A stretch of DNA of 32,000 bases, from assembly GCF_029504745.1 (NCBI RefSeq), contig NZ_JAQFIQ010000001.1, positions 1 to 32,000 of the forward strand. Direction: 5' to 3'. The position numbers were made by a program, and so were the translations under genes. The notes beneath the pieces were generated by a model that searched no databases, was not told the origin of the DNA, and saw only the letters and a list, made by a program, of their open reading frames with translations. This DNA is from Breznakia sp. PF5-3 (GTDB lineage: Bacteria; Bacillota_I; Bacilli_A; Erysipelotrichales; Erysipelotrichaceae). Shown here piece by piece: positions 10,095-19,320 of this stretch (position 1 is its first letter; every line of letters begins with the position of its first letter).

Positions 10095-10109
10095 AAAATG
10101 TAGTATAAT
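10082..10109 (+). promoter_or_regulatory. SigA-type promoter of clpB
   Basis: -35 TTGACA (10082-10087), a 16-nt spacer, and -10 TATAAT (10104-10109). Confidence 0.75.
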
Positions 10110-10113
10110 AATA

Positions 10114-10140
10114 TTAGCACTTTATATACAAGAGTGCTAA
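10114..10140 (+). promoter_or_regulatory. CIRCE element O2 downstream of the clpB -10 (TSS / 5' UTR)
   Basis: TTAGCACTT-TATATACAA-GAGTGCTAA. The left arm matches at 8/9 and the right arm at 9/9. Confidence 0.9.
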
Positions 10141-10155
10141 CAAGGGAGTGATACT

Positions 10156-12732
10156 ATGAATTTTGAAAAAATGTCGTCTAGCTTACAAGAGGTTTTTATG
10201 AAAGCAATTGAGCTTAGTAAAAGCTTATCACATACAAGTGTAGACACAATACATATTTTAAAAGAGATGTTTGAAGGCGATGTCTTAGATGGATTATATA
10301 AACGATTGCACATTAATAAGCAAGATGCGCTTGTTTTAATAGATGATGAATTAGAAAAGATTGCAAAGAGTACTGGTGAACCAAATTTATCAAATGAGGT
10401 AATAAAAAGTTATAATAAAGCAGTGAAATGGAGCGAAGCTAATGATGAAGCATATTTGGGATGTGCATCTATGTGGATTGCATTAATGTTTAATAATTCG
10501 TATATTTCTAAGCTATTGGTAAAAAAATATGGACTAAAAGAAAAAGAAGTGTATGAGCAAGAATTAGAACGTAGAGGTGGTAGAAGTATGGATACACAAA
10601 ATGCAGAAAATAATATTGAAGCATTAAGTAAATATGGTAGAGATTTAGTAGAGGATGTAAAAAACGGAAAGATTGATCCAGTTATTGGTCGTGATGATGA
10701 AATTCGTCGTGTTATCCAAATTTTATCTCGTAAGACCAAAAATAATCCTGTGTTAATTGGAGAACCTGGTGTTGGTAAGACAGCAATCGTTGAAGGGATT
10801 GCTTGGCGAATTATGAAGGGAGATGTTCCTTTTGGCTTAAAAGAGAAAAAACTTATAGAATTGGATATGGGTTCATTAATTGCAGGTGCAAAATATCGTG
10901 GTGAATTTGAAGAACGTTTAAAAGCTGTTTTGGAAGAAGTGCAAAATGCCGAAGGAAATATTATATTATTTATTGATGAGATTCATAATTTAGTAGGTGC
11001 AGGCAAAACCGAAGGTAGTATGGATGCAGCAAATTTGCTTAAACCACTATTAGCACGTGGAGAATTGCGTTGTATTGGTGCTACAACATTCAATGAATAT
11101 CGTAAGTATATTGAGAAAGATGCAGCACTTGAACGTAGATTTCAACGTGTGCAAGTAGATGAACCAACAGTAGAAGATACGATTGCAATTCTAAGGGGAT
11201 TAAAGGATCGCTTTGAATCTTATCATGGCGTGAAAATTCTTGATGAAGCAATTATTTCAAGTGCTCTTTTATCAAATCGTTATATTACGGATCGGTTTTT
11301 ACCAGATAAAGCAATTGATTTAATTGATGAGGCTTGTGCACATCTTCGTGTAGAGATGGATTCAATGCCACAGGAAATTGATGAATTAATGCGAAAGATT
11401 ATGCAATTGGAAATTGAAGAAACAGCATTAAAGAATGAAAATGATGTGAAATCAAAAGATCGTTTGACAATAATTCGTGAAGAACTTAAAACACTAAAGA
11501 GTGAAAAAGATGTACTTTATACGAAATGGAATGATGAAAAAGCAGAACTTGAGGAATCAAAAAAAGCAAGAGTATTGTTGGAAAAAGCAAAATTGGATTT
11601 AGAAAATGCTCAGAATGATGGACGTTATGAAGAAGCGGCAAAATTACAATATGAAACAATTCCTAATTTGGAGAAGAAAATTGATGAAGAAACAATTTTG
11701 AAAAAAGAAAATTCTTTAATTTCAGAAGTTGTTAGTGAAGAAGAAATCGCATCTATTGTATCGAAATGGAGTGGGGTCGAAGTAAGTCGATTAGTTGAAA
11801 GTGAGCGTAAAAAGCTATTGGCTTTAAAGGATATTTTGGAAAATCGAGTAGTTGGACAGGATGAAGCGTTAACCCTTGTCAGTGATGCAATTTTAAGAAG
11901 CAAAGCACAAATTCAAGACGAGAATAGACCAATTGGCAGTTTCTTATTCTTAGGACCTACAGGAGTTGGAAAAACAGAGGTGGCAAAAGCTTTAGCAGAA
12001 CAATTGTTTGATTCAGAAGATCATATTATTCGTATTGATATGAGCGAATATATGGAAAAGCATGCCGTGTCACGGTTGATTGGAGCTCCTCCAGGATATG
12101 TAGGGTATGAAGAAGGTGGACAATTAAGTGAAGCTGTACGTAGGAATCCATATTCTATTGTTTTATTTGATGAAGTAGAAAAAGCTCATCCAGATGTATT
12201 TAATGTGTTATTACAAATTTTGGATGATGGACGTATCACTGATTCCAAAGGTGTAACCGTTGATTTTAAAAATACAATTCTAATTATGACTAGTAATTTA
12301 GGAAGTCAGTATGCATTTGATGCAGATAAAGTAGAAATGAAAAAGAATTATATGAATGAGGTTAAGAAATATTTCAAACCAGAATTTGTGAATCGAATTG
12401 ATGAAATTGTGGTGTTTAATGCACTTGATAACGAAATGCTAGCAAAAGTTGCAAGAAAATTTATGAATGAACTCAGCATTCGTTTGGAAAAGAAAGACAT
12501 TCATTTAGAGGTAAGCAAAAAGGTTTATGATATGATTGTTGAACAAGGTGTAGATCCTGTATTTGGGGCACGGCCAATGAAACGTTATATTCAACGTAAT
12601 ATTGAAACCCTAATAGCAAAACAGATGATTGCAGAAGGTTTTGAAAGCGATGATGTGCTATACCTTGATTATGATGAAGACAAAGATGAGTATGTAGCTG
12701 AAATTCGTGGAGCATCTGTAAATCTCAACTAA
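10156..12732 (+). CDS. clpB: AAA+ disaggregase ClpB
   Basis: Two AAA modules (GEPGVGKT and GPTGVGKT Walker A), a long coiled-coil middle domain between them, and an N-domain. SD GGGAG is 7 nt upstream. Confidence 0.95.
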   Translation: MNFEKMSSSLQEVFMKAIELSKSLSHTSVDTIHILKEMFEGDVLDGLYKRLHINKQDALVLIDDELEKIAKSTGEPNLSNEVIKSYNKAVKWSEANDEAYLGCASMWIALMFNNSYISKLLVKKYGLKEKEVYEQELERRGGRSMDTQNAENNIEALSKYGRDLVEDVKNGKIDPVIGRDDEIRRVIQILSRKTKNNPVLIGEPGVGKTAIVEGIAWRIMKGDVPFGLKEKKLIELDMGSLIAGAKYRGEFEERLKAVLEEVQNAEGNIILFIDEIHNLVGAGKTEGSMDAANLLKPLLARGELRCIGATTFNEYRKYIEKDAALERRFQRVQVDEPTVEDTIAILRGLKDRFESYHGVKILDEAIISSALLSNRYITDRFLPDKAIDLIDEACAHLRVEMDSMPQEIDELMRKIMQLEIEETALKNENDVKSKDRLTIIREELKTLKSEKDVLYTKWNDEKAELEESKKARVLLEKAKLDLENAQNDGRYEEAAKLQYETIPNLEKKIDEETILKKENSLISEVVSEEEIASIVSKWSGVEVSRLVESERKKLLALKDILENRVVGQDEALTLVSDAILRSKAQIQDENRPIGSFLFLGPTGVGKTEVAKALAEQLFDSEDHIIRIDMSEYMEKHAVSRLIGAPPGYVGYEEGGQLSEAVRRNPYSIVLFDEVEKAHPDVFNVLLQILDDGRITDSKGVTVDFKNTILIMTSNLGSQYAFDADKVEMKKNYMNEVKKYFKPEFVNRIDEIVVFNALDNEMLAKVARKFMNELSIRLEKKDIHLEVSKKVYDMIVEQGVDPVFGARPMKRYIQRNIETLIAKQMIAEGFESDDVLYLDYDEDKDEYVAEIRGASVNLN
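10574..10590 (+). other. clpB: Candidate internal translation start of clpB (SD GAGGTGG + ATG codon 145) giving an N-domain-less isoform
   Basis: GAGGTGG (10574-10580), a 7-nt spacer, then in-frame ATG at 10588. The protein context [10 protein letters not shown] aligns with E. coli MRGGES-V149-NDQ, where the internal start of ClpB80 lies. Confidence 0.45.
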
Positions 12733-12733
12733 G

Positions 12734-12758
12734 AAGACACTAGAAAGTGTCTTTTTTT
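12734..12758 (+). terminator. Rho-independent terminator of clpB
   Basis: AAGACACT-AGAA-AGTGTCTT followed by a T-run. Confidence 0.85.
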
Positions 12759-12806
12759 GTTTTTCTATAATTATTTGTCGTATAATGTACATGAGGTGAT
12801 CATAAC

Positions 12807-13454
12807 ATGGACAAGAATGTAAGAAAAATAATGGATATAAAATTAGAGCGCACGAAGAAAGCGTTATTAAAAAATAATATGAATGCAGAAATATTAGATG
12901 ATGAAAGAGCAGTACTTGAATATTTAAAAACAACAATTGAAGAAGGAACACGTGTTAGTGTAGGTGGCTCACAGACCTTATTTGAATGTGGAATCATTGA
13001 AGCGTTACGGAAGATGCCGATTACATTTGAAGATCGTTATGAGGAAGGGTTAAGTCGCGAAGCGATGTTAGAATTATTCCGTCATGCGTTTACTTGTGAT
13101 TACTATATTTCAAGTAGTAATGCAGTCAGTGAAAATGGAGAGTTATATAATGTTGATGGAACTGGAAATCGTGTAGCGGCACTCACTTTTGGGCCTAAGA
13201 AAGTTTTTTTAGTTGTAGGTGAGAATAAGATTGTAAAAGATTTATCAGAAGCGATTGCGCGAATTGAAAATATTGCAGCGCCAATGAATAGTGAGCGTCT
13301 AGACAAAAAGACACCTTGTACGGTTACAGGAAGTTGCTCGTCATGCATGAGTGAAGATCGTATTTGTACTAGTTATGTGGCAACAAAAAAGCAACAAAAT
13401 AGTAACAAAGGTCGAATTACTGTATTGTTGGTGAAAAAATCTTTAGGATATTAA
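12807..13454 (+). CDS. LUD-domain (LutC/YkgG-like, DUF162) protein with C-terminal Cys cluster
   Basis: The length and sequence resemble stand-alone lactate-utilisation-domain proteins (..VSVGGS.T..E.GI; NAVSENGELYNVDGTGNR). SD is GAGGTGAT. Confidence 0.7.
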   Translation: MDKNVRKIMDIKLERTKKALLKNNMNAEILDDERAVLEYLKTTIEEGTRVSVGGSQTLFECGIIEALRKMPITFEDRYEEGLSREAMLELFRHAFTCDYYISSSNAVSENGELYNVDGTGNRVAALTFGPKKVFLVVGENKIVKDLSEAIARIENIAAPMNSERLDKKTPCTVTGSCSSCMSEDRICTSYVATKKQQNSNKGRITVLLVKKSLGY

Positions 13455-13546
13455 TCATAAAGATAGAAAATCATTTATTTCTACGGCTTTTTACTGTTAT
13501 TTTTTTTAAATTTATGGCATAATACTATATACGTTAGGAGAATATT

Positions 13547-14062
13547 ATGTTCAAAGGAATTCGTAGAAATATAAAACATACAAGGGAATCTGATCCGGCA
13601 GCTCGCTCAGCGTTAGAAATTATACTTTTATATCCACATATGAAAGCATTGTTTTTTTATCGGATTGCACATTTTTTATATAATCTCCATTTATATTTTT
13701 TAGCACGTTTTGTAACTAATATTGCACGCTTTTGGGTAGGGATAGAAATTCATCCAGGTGCAACTATTGGAAAAGGTTTGTTAATTGATCATGGTATGGG
13801 TGTAGTAATTGGAGAAACGGCAGTTATAGGTGATGATTGTACGATTTATCATGGTGTGACATTAGGGGGAACAGGAAAAGAAAAATGTAAGAGGCATCCA
13901 ACTTTGAAAAATAATGTAATGGTTGGAGCAGGTGCGAAAGTTCTTGGGAATATTACCCTTTTTGATAACTGTAAGGTGGGAGCTAATGCTGTTGTGACAA
14001 AGGATGTACCAGCAAATACTAGTGTTGTAGGTATTCCTGCAAAAGAAGTGAAAAAATCGTAA
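13547..14062 (+). CDS. cysE: Serine O-acetyltransferase
   Basis: DPAARS..E.....P...A...YR.AH.L motif plus hexapeptide repeats (IHPGA.IG....[26 protein letters not shown]). SD is AGGAG. Confidence 0.9.
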   Translation: MFKGIRRNIKHTRESDPAARSALEIILLYPHMKALFFYRIAHFLYNLHLYFLARFVTNIARFWVGIEIHPGATIGKGLLIDHGMGVVIGETAVIGDDCTIYHGVTLGGTGKEKCKRHPTLKNNVMVGAGAKVLGNITLFDNCKVGANAVVTKDVPANTSVVGIPAKEVKKS

Positions 14063-14080
14063 AATGTTACGATTTTTTTT
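14051..14080 (+). terminator. Rho-independent terminator of cysE
   Basis: AAAAAATCGTAA-AATG-TTACGATTTTTT followed by additional T residues. The stop codon lies in the stem. Confidence 0.85.
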
Positions 14081-14155
14081 GGTTATTCCGATTATTTGCA
14101 TATTCATTTGGTAGATTTCTTGTTTAATGGTATTATAATAAAAAGGAGAAATGAT

Positions 14156-15769
14156 ATGAAAGATATTATCTATATAACTGGGCATAAAAATCCAGATAGT
14201 GATTCTATTTGTTCTGCAATTGCTTATTCACATTTGAAAAACGAATTAGGAATTCAAGCAAAACCGTGTCGTTTGGGGAAACTTAACACAGAGTCACAAT
14301 TTATTTTAGATAAGTTTAACTTAGAAGAACCTGACTTGATTACGAGTGCAAAAGCAGCATTGCGTGACATTGATTTGGATACAGCAGTACAAGTGGATAC
14401 AAATACAACACTTAGACGAGTGTGGGATTTGTGTTTGGAATATAACACACATACGGTATATGTAGTAAATGAAAAGAAAGAATTGATAGGTTTAACAACT
14501 TTGTCAGATATTTCAAAAATTCAAATGCAAGATTTGAATATTACGAAAGATTTATTAAAAGAGACACCACTTATCAACCTTGTGTTGGCATTAAAAGGTG
14601 ACTTTATTTATGAAGGAACATTATCTCGAAGTGGATACGTACGTATAGCGGATAAAAAACTTATGGAACGTGATATTGAAGGTAATATTATGGTACTAAG
14701 TGACAATGAAGATATTATGTTAACCTGTATGGAAAAAGGCTGTGCGGTGATTGCAATTGCAGAAAGCTATATTCCTACAGATAAAGTAATTGATCGAGCA
14801 ATGGAATTAGGTGTTACATTAATTAAAACACAGTATAATATTATGAAAATATTACAAATGATTTATCGTAGTATTCCAGTTGGATTGATGATGACAAGTA
14901 CTGATAAAATTCAACGCTTTAATGGGAATGAATTTGTGGAAGATGTGGCTAGAGAAATGTTGAAAGCTAGATATCGTAATTATCCAGTTTTCATGAATGG
15001 AAGATTGATAGGATCAATGGGTAGATTCCATGTGCTAAAATATTCTAAGAAAAAATTGATTTTATTGGATCATAACGAACGCAGTCAAAGTATTGATGAT
15101 ATTGAATATGGGAATATTTTGGAAATTGTTGATCATCATCGTATTGGTGATATTGAAACAAATCAACCCATTATCTTTAGAAATCAAAATGTAGGTAGTA
15201 CTTGTACTATTGTTGGAATGATGTATCGTGAACATAACATCACACCACCTGCAGATATTGCAGGAGCTTTATGTTGTGCAATTATTTCTGATACAATGAA
15301 TTTTCATTCACCAACATGTACAGAAGTGGATCGTGATATAGCAAAGGAATTAGCAGAACTTTATAATTATAATCTGGATGAATTAGCTACGGAAATGTTT
15401 AAAGAAAGCGCTAAGATTAAAGGGAAATCTAATCGAGACATTTTATATACTGATTTTAAAGAATATGAAATCGCTGGAAAGCAAATTGCAATCGGTCAGG
15501 CATATATCTATGATATGAATACGGTGGCATGTATTGAAGAAGATTTTCAACAGTTTCTAGAACAGGAAAATGAAGTTTTAAAATATGATCTATTGATGAT
15601 GGCTTTTTCCAATGTAGAAGGAAAAGGAAGTAAATTTGTTTATGCAGGAAAATTATCTCATGCGATAAAATCTTCATTTTTTGAAGAAGCTGAAGATGAA
15701 AACTTCATGAAGGGATTAGTTTCAAGAAAGAAACAAATTATTCCTAAAATAGCATCTTTATTGAAATAA
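14156..15769 (+). CDS. CBS-domain-containing family II (DHH/DHHA2) inorganic pyrophosphatase
   Basis: The N-terminal GHKNPDSDSICSAIAY (DHH) is interrupted by a CBS/DRTGG-like insert. It is followed by LLDHNE, DHHR.GD and a DHHA2 tail. The start is moved to ATG 14156, preceded by AAGGAG at 14143-14148. Confidence 0.85.
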   Translation: MKDIIYITGHKNPDSDSICSAIAYSHLKNELGIQAKPCRLGKLNTESQFILDKFNLEEPDLITSAKAALRDIDLDTAVQVDTNTTLRRVWDLCLEYNTHTVYVVNEKKELIGLTTLSDISKIQMQDLNITKDLLKETPLINLVLALKGDFIYEGTLSRSGYVRIADKKLMERDIEGNIMVLSDNEDIMLTCMEKGCAVIAIAESYIPTDKVIDRAMELGVTLIKTQYNIMKILQMIYRSIPVGLMMTSTDKIQRFNGNEFVEDVAREMLKARYRNYPVFMNGRLIGSMGRFHVLKYSKKKLILLDHNERSQSIDDIEYGNILEIVDHHRIGDIETNQPIIFRNQNVGSTCTIVGMMYREHNITPPADIAGALCCAIISDTMNFHSPTCTEVDRDIAKELAELYNYNLDELATEMFKESAKIKGKSNRDILYTDFKEYEIAGKQIAIGQAYIYDMNTVACIEEDFQQFLEQENEVLKYDLLMMAFSNVEGKGSKFVYAGKLSHAIKSSFFEEAEDENFMKGLVSRKKQIIPKIASLLK

Positions 15770-15798
15770 AAGATAATTCAAACGAATTATCTTTTTTT
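15769..15798. terminator. Bidirectional terminator between the pyrophosphatase gene and rqcH
   Basis: AAAGATAATTC-AAAC-GAATTATCTTT with T-runs on either strand. Confidence 0.8.
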
Positions 15799-15814
15799 GA
15801 TTTAATATATATTA

Positions 15815-17467
15815 TTAAAGTGCATATTGTTTAACCAATGCTTGGATTTCCATTCTATCAGGGTCTATATAAATTGTTTTATAGTTGGTTAATGTTACAA
15901 ATCCCATAGCCGCCTTATTTGGCCTTTTTAGCTGACGAATTAAACAGTAATTAACAGGAACACTACTAGATTCTTTACCTTGCGAATAATAGGCTGCAAA
16001 CTGCGCTGCGATACGTAATATCTTTTCACTAGGTGTGCTATCAGTAATTACAACATGGGAACCGTGCATGTCTTTAACATGTAACCAAGTATCATCACGT
16101 TTTGCTTGTTTGAAGGTGATATATTCATTTTGAATGTTATTCTTTCCAACATAGATATATGTATTATCAATACAAAGTGTTAAAAAATGAGGTTTTACTT
16201 CTTTCTTCTTTTTACGAATCTTATAATTTGTTTTTCTCATAAAACCTTGGTTTGCTAATTCTTCTTTGATTTCAATAGCATCCTCCAAATTAGCTTGGTT
16301 TAATTGCACTTCAATATTTTCAAAATATTGAATTATTCGTTTCGTTTTTTCGATTTGCTTTGCAACTTCTATCTGTGCAGTTTTGCTTTTATTGTATTTT
16401 TGGTAATACTTTTTAGCGTTTTGTTTAACCGATATTTTTTCATCTAAAGGAATCTTGTATTCTTCATCCGTTTCAAAACTAGGGAGAATAACTTCTTTTT
16501 TATGTTGATGGTGATATTCGCTATATGCATAAAGCAAATCACCATACAACCGATAAATATCTAAAGCATTAGCATCTTCCAAGGTGTGAATAAGTTTACC
16601 TAGCTTCTTTCGGTTTTTCTTTAATTCATAACGAACGGTCTTATAAATATCTCCGCTTTGCTGTTTGATTCTAACTTTTTCTTCTTTTTTATAATAAAGT
16701 TCATCCATTCCTTCCATAATTTCGAAAGCTTCGTATGGTAGATTTAAATGTTTTAATTCAATCAGATGGTATAAAATATCATCTTGTTTGTGATGTAGGA
16801 ATAATTGATAACTGTGTTTAATTTCATTCATAATATCTGTGAAATTCTCACCTTCTTTGGTGCGATATAACACTTCATCGCTTAATAATGGAGAGAAACC
16901 ATGGAATTGTTTTACTAAGGATTCATTTTCATCAAAGGTAGAAGCTGTAAAAGGATTTGATTTTCCATCATGTGGTTTTGGTGGTGTATAGGTAGCACCA
17001 GGATGGATGGTACGTGAATTGTTTTCAAAAGCCGGAATACGCTTTAAGGCATCTACAATTTTATTTTCATGATTTACTAAAATAAGGTTTGCATATTTTC
17101 CCATTAATTCCACATACAAATAATAATTGTGATAATCACTGAGATCGTCTTTCACTTCAATTGTAAATTGTAAGATGCGATCTAATCCTAATTGTTTTAT
17201 TTGGGTAATGATAGATCGATCAATGTGTTTACGTAATACCATTAGAAAATTATTGGGGATTTCCATTGTTTGATATTCACGATTTGTTATGTGAATACGA
17301 TTGTATACACTATGACAAGAAATCATCAATTTATGATTTCTTTGATTGCTACGCAACGTAAAAATAATTTCATCATTTGAAATTTGTTGAATTTTATTAA
17401 CTTTTGCTGGCACCAAAGTTTCCAGCTTTTTGGTGATTTGGTGTAAAACTAATCCATCTAATGCCAT
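15815..17467 (-). CDS. rqcH: Ribosome quality control factor RqcH (NFACT family, FbpA/YloA-like)
   Basis: N-terminal MALDG......I...L......KI.Q...DE (NFACT-N), a central coiled coil, and a C-terminal NFACT-R (DxWLHxxDxxGSHVVI). Confidence 0.9.
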   Translation of the reverse strand: MALDGLVLHQITKKLETLVPAKVNKIQQISNDEIIFTLRSNQRNHKLMISCHSVYNRIHITNREYQTMEIPNNFLMVLRKHIDRSIITQIKQLGLDRILQFTIEVKDDLSDYHNYYLYVELMGKYANLILVNHENKIVDALKRIPAFENNSRTIHPGATYTPPKPHDGKSNPFTASTFDENESLVKQFHGFSPLLSDEVLYRTKEGENFTDIMNEIKHSYQLFLHHKQDDILYHLIELKHLNLPYEAFEIMEGMDELYYKKEEKVRIKQQSGDIYKTVRYELKKNRKKLGKLIHTLEDANALDIYRLYGDLLYAYSEYHHQHKKEVILPSFETDEEYKIPLDEKISVKQNAKKYYQKYNKSKTAQIEVAKQIEKTKRIIQYFENIEVQLNQANLEDAIEIKEELANQGFMRKTNYKIRKKKKEVKPHFLTLCIDNTYIYVGKNNIQNEYITFKQAKRDDTWLHVKDMHGSHVVITDSTPSEKILRIAAQFAAYYSQGKESSSVPVNYCLIRQLKRPNKAAMGFVTLTNYKTIYIDPDRMEIQALVKQYAL

Positions 17468-17535
17468 AAATACCTCTTTTCTAGATTATTATAGCATATA
17501 TTTACATTATCTATATTCACAAGTATTTTATTAAA

Positions 17536-17544
17536 TGATATAAT
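17536..17544 (+). promoter_or_regulatory. Candidate extended -10 promoter (TGATATAAT) for gmk
   Basis: TGATATAAT lies 27 nt upstream of the preferred gmk ATG. Confidence 0.45.
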
Positions 17545-17570
17545 AATTTTATTACAAAATGGGGGAACAT

Positions 17571-18140
17571 ATGAAAAAAGGTTTGTTAGTCATTATTAGT
17601 GGTCCAAGTGGAGTCGGAAAAGGAACCGTTCGTGATTATTTCATGAAAGATTCTTCTTTGAATCTGACATATTCAATTTCGATGACGACAAGAAAGCCGC
17701 GAGCGAATGAAGTAAACGGGGTAGATTATTTATTTGTAAGTAAAGAAGAGTTTGAAAAAGCAATTGAACAAGGAGACTTATTAGAGTGGGCAGAGTTTGT
17801 GGGGAACTATTATGGGACACCATTGAGTCAAGTAGAAAAGTTACGTAATGAAGGTAAAAATGTGTTGTTGGAAATTGAAGTGCAAGGAGCACAACAGGTA
17901 AGTGAAAAGGTTCCTGATGCAATCACAATTTTTATGATTCCACCAACAATGGAAGAACTAGAAAACCGAATTCGTGGTCGTAAAAGTGAAGCAGAAGAGG
18001 TAATTCAAGAGCGATTAGCGAAAGCAGAAAAAGAGATGAAGTTAATTAAAGATTATAAATATGTAGTATGCAATGATGATCCAGAATTAGCTGCACAATA
18101 TATTGGATTGATTGTAAAACGGCATATGGAAGATAAATAA
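17571..18140 (+). CDS. gmk: Guanylate kinase
   Basis: P-loop SGPSGVGKGT, TTR.PR..E..G.DY.F, and E.A...GN.YGT. The start is moved to ATG 17571 (MKKGLLVIISGPSG), preceded by GGGGGA. Confidence 0.95.
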   Translation: MKKGLLVIISGPSGVGKGTVRDYFMKDSSLNLTYSISMTTRKPRANEVNGVDYLFVSKEEFEKAIEQGDLLEWAEFVGNYYGTPLSQVEKLRNEGKNVLLEIEVQGAQQVSEKVPDAITIFMIPPTMEELENRIRGRKSEAEEVIQERLAKAEKEMKLIKDYKYVVCNDDPELAAQYIGLIVKRHMEDK

Positions 18141-18226
18141 TTATATTATTTGATTTGAAACCTTAAAAAAGTTGTAAAAACAAGAAAATGTTTGTATAAT
18201 ACATATAGAACTTAGGAGGCATAACT

Positions 18227-18442
18227 ATGGATTTTTGGTATTCAATAGGAAGTTTGATCGCAGGTTTAGTTATAGGAGGATTTTTAGGCTTTTATTTCAC
18301 AAAAAGAAAGTTTGAGAAAGAATTAAAAGAAAATCCACCAATTAATGAAAAAATGATTCGTGCTATGTTCCTACAAATGGGAAGAAAACCATCTGAGGCT
18401 CAAATCAGACAAATTATGAAATCTGTGAACGCAAATAGATAA
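18227..18442 (+). CDS. UPF0154 (YneF-like) small membrane protein
   Basis: A 71-aa protein with a single N-terminal TM. The conserved tail ENPPINE.MIR.M..QMGRKPSE..I.QIM is typical of the UPF0154 family. SD is AGGAGG. Confidence 0.85.
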   Translation: MDFWYSIGSLIAGLVIGGFLGFYFTKRKFEKELKENPPINEKMIRAMFLQMGRKPSEAQIRQIMKSVNANR

Positions 18443-18443
18443 C

Positions 18444-18470
18444 AACACAGCATGAGCTGTGTTTTATTTT
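18444..18470 (+). terminator. Rho-independent terminator after the UPF0154 gene
   Basis: AACACAGC-ATGA-GCTGTGTT followed by TTATTTTT. Confidence 0.8.
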
Positions 18471-18471
18471 T

Positions 18472-19269
18472 ATGAAGAAATGGAAAAAAAGATTGTTATG
18501 TCTGCTTGTTTTCTGTTTATGTATCTTTTTGCTTTGGGGAATAAAAATTGTTGTTACACATGAACTTGGAAAAGATGGATTACCAGTTTTAGGGTATCAT
18601 GCAGTCGTTCGTGATGATGTGAAAGAAACGTATTATGCTAACGATACCTATGTTATGAGTGAATCAAAATTTAAAGAGCAAATGAAGTATTTACATGATA
18701 ATAACTATAAAACTTTGACGATGGACGAAGTATATGACTACTATTATGGAGATTTTAAGTTGGAGAAAAAAGTAGTTGTATTAACTTTTGATGATGGATA
18801 TAAGAATTTTGAAGAAATTGTAAAACCTATTTTAGAAACCTATGATTTACATGCTACATGTTTTGTGATTGGTGAAAAATTAGAGACTACAAAACATCGC
18901 ATTGGACTTGATTATTTGCAAAGTGAAGATTTAGCAAATGATTCTCATGTAGCATATTATTCTCATTCTTATGGCTTGCATCATAAAGCATCTGGATTGG
19001 ATCGAAAAAAAGTGGATACCATGAATAAAGATGCAATACAGAAAGATTTTGATAAAAGTAAGAATGTTCTTGATTCTACTTATTTTGCATTTCCATATGG
19101 CAGATCAAATGAAAAAGCAGAGTCTGTTTTAAAAGAAAACAATGTGTTATTAGGGTTTGGATATAATCAAAATCGTAATATGAAACGTCTTGATAACGTT
19201 TATTTATTACCTCGATATTTAATGTTTTCACAAATGCCTTTATGGTATTTTAAATGGATTGTTGAATGA
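18472..19269 (+). CDS. Membrane-anchored polysaccharide deacetylase (NodB/CE4 family)
   Basis: Lys-rich N-terminus followed by a TM anchor. NodB motif 1 (LTFDDGY) and downstream His motifs are present. No SD is visible, and the ATG follows directly after the upstream terminator U-tract. Confidence 0.8.
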   Translation: MKKWKKRLLCLLVFCLCIFLLWGIKIVVTHELGKDGLPVLGYHAVVRDDVKETYYANDTYVMSESKFKEQMKYLHDNNYKTLTMDEVYDYYYGDFKLEKKVVVLTFDDGYKNFEEIVKPILETYDLHATCFVIGEKLETTKHRIGLDYLQSEDLANDSHVAYYSHSYGLHHKASGLDRKKVDTMNKDAIQKDFDKSKNVLDSTYFAFPYGRSNEKAESVLKENNVLLGFGYNQNRNMKRLDNVYLLPRYLMFSQMPLWYFKWIVE

Positions 19270-19273
19270 TTGT

Positions 19274-19300
19274 AAAGGTTACAAAATGTAATCTTTTTTT
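19274..19300 (+). terminator. Rho-independent terminator after the deacetylase gene
   Basis: AAAGGTTACA-AAA-TGTAATCTTT (one G.U pair) followed by a T-run. Confidence 0.75.
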
Positions 19301-19320
19301 GTTAGTAAAATGGTGATTAC

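Noticed and set aside
10015-10155. CtsR operator (GGTCAAA-NAN-GGTCAAA type direct repeat) upstream of clpB.
   Set aside because: I saw no such heptad repeat by eye on either strand. The region is fully accounted for by the two CIRCE elements and the divergent promoters.
10410-10739. Antisense and alternate-frame ORFs of 60-109 aa inside housekeeping genes. Examples are 10410-10739(-) in clpB, 13862-14185(-), 12658-12951(-), 5998-6288(+) in dnaJ, 27046-27330(-), 27290-27565(-) and 17641-17922(-).
   Set aside because: They have no SD or promoter. Their composition is biased and low-complexity (L/F/S/I-rich), as expected from reading the opposite strand of real genes. All are fully nested in strongly supported conserved genes.
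13455-13546. T-box or other riboswitch leader upstream of cysE.
   Set aside because: The spacer is only 92 nt and contains just a promoter-like TGGCATAAT and the SD. This is far too short, and it lacks T-box specifier and antiterminator features.
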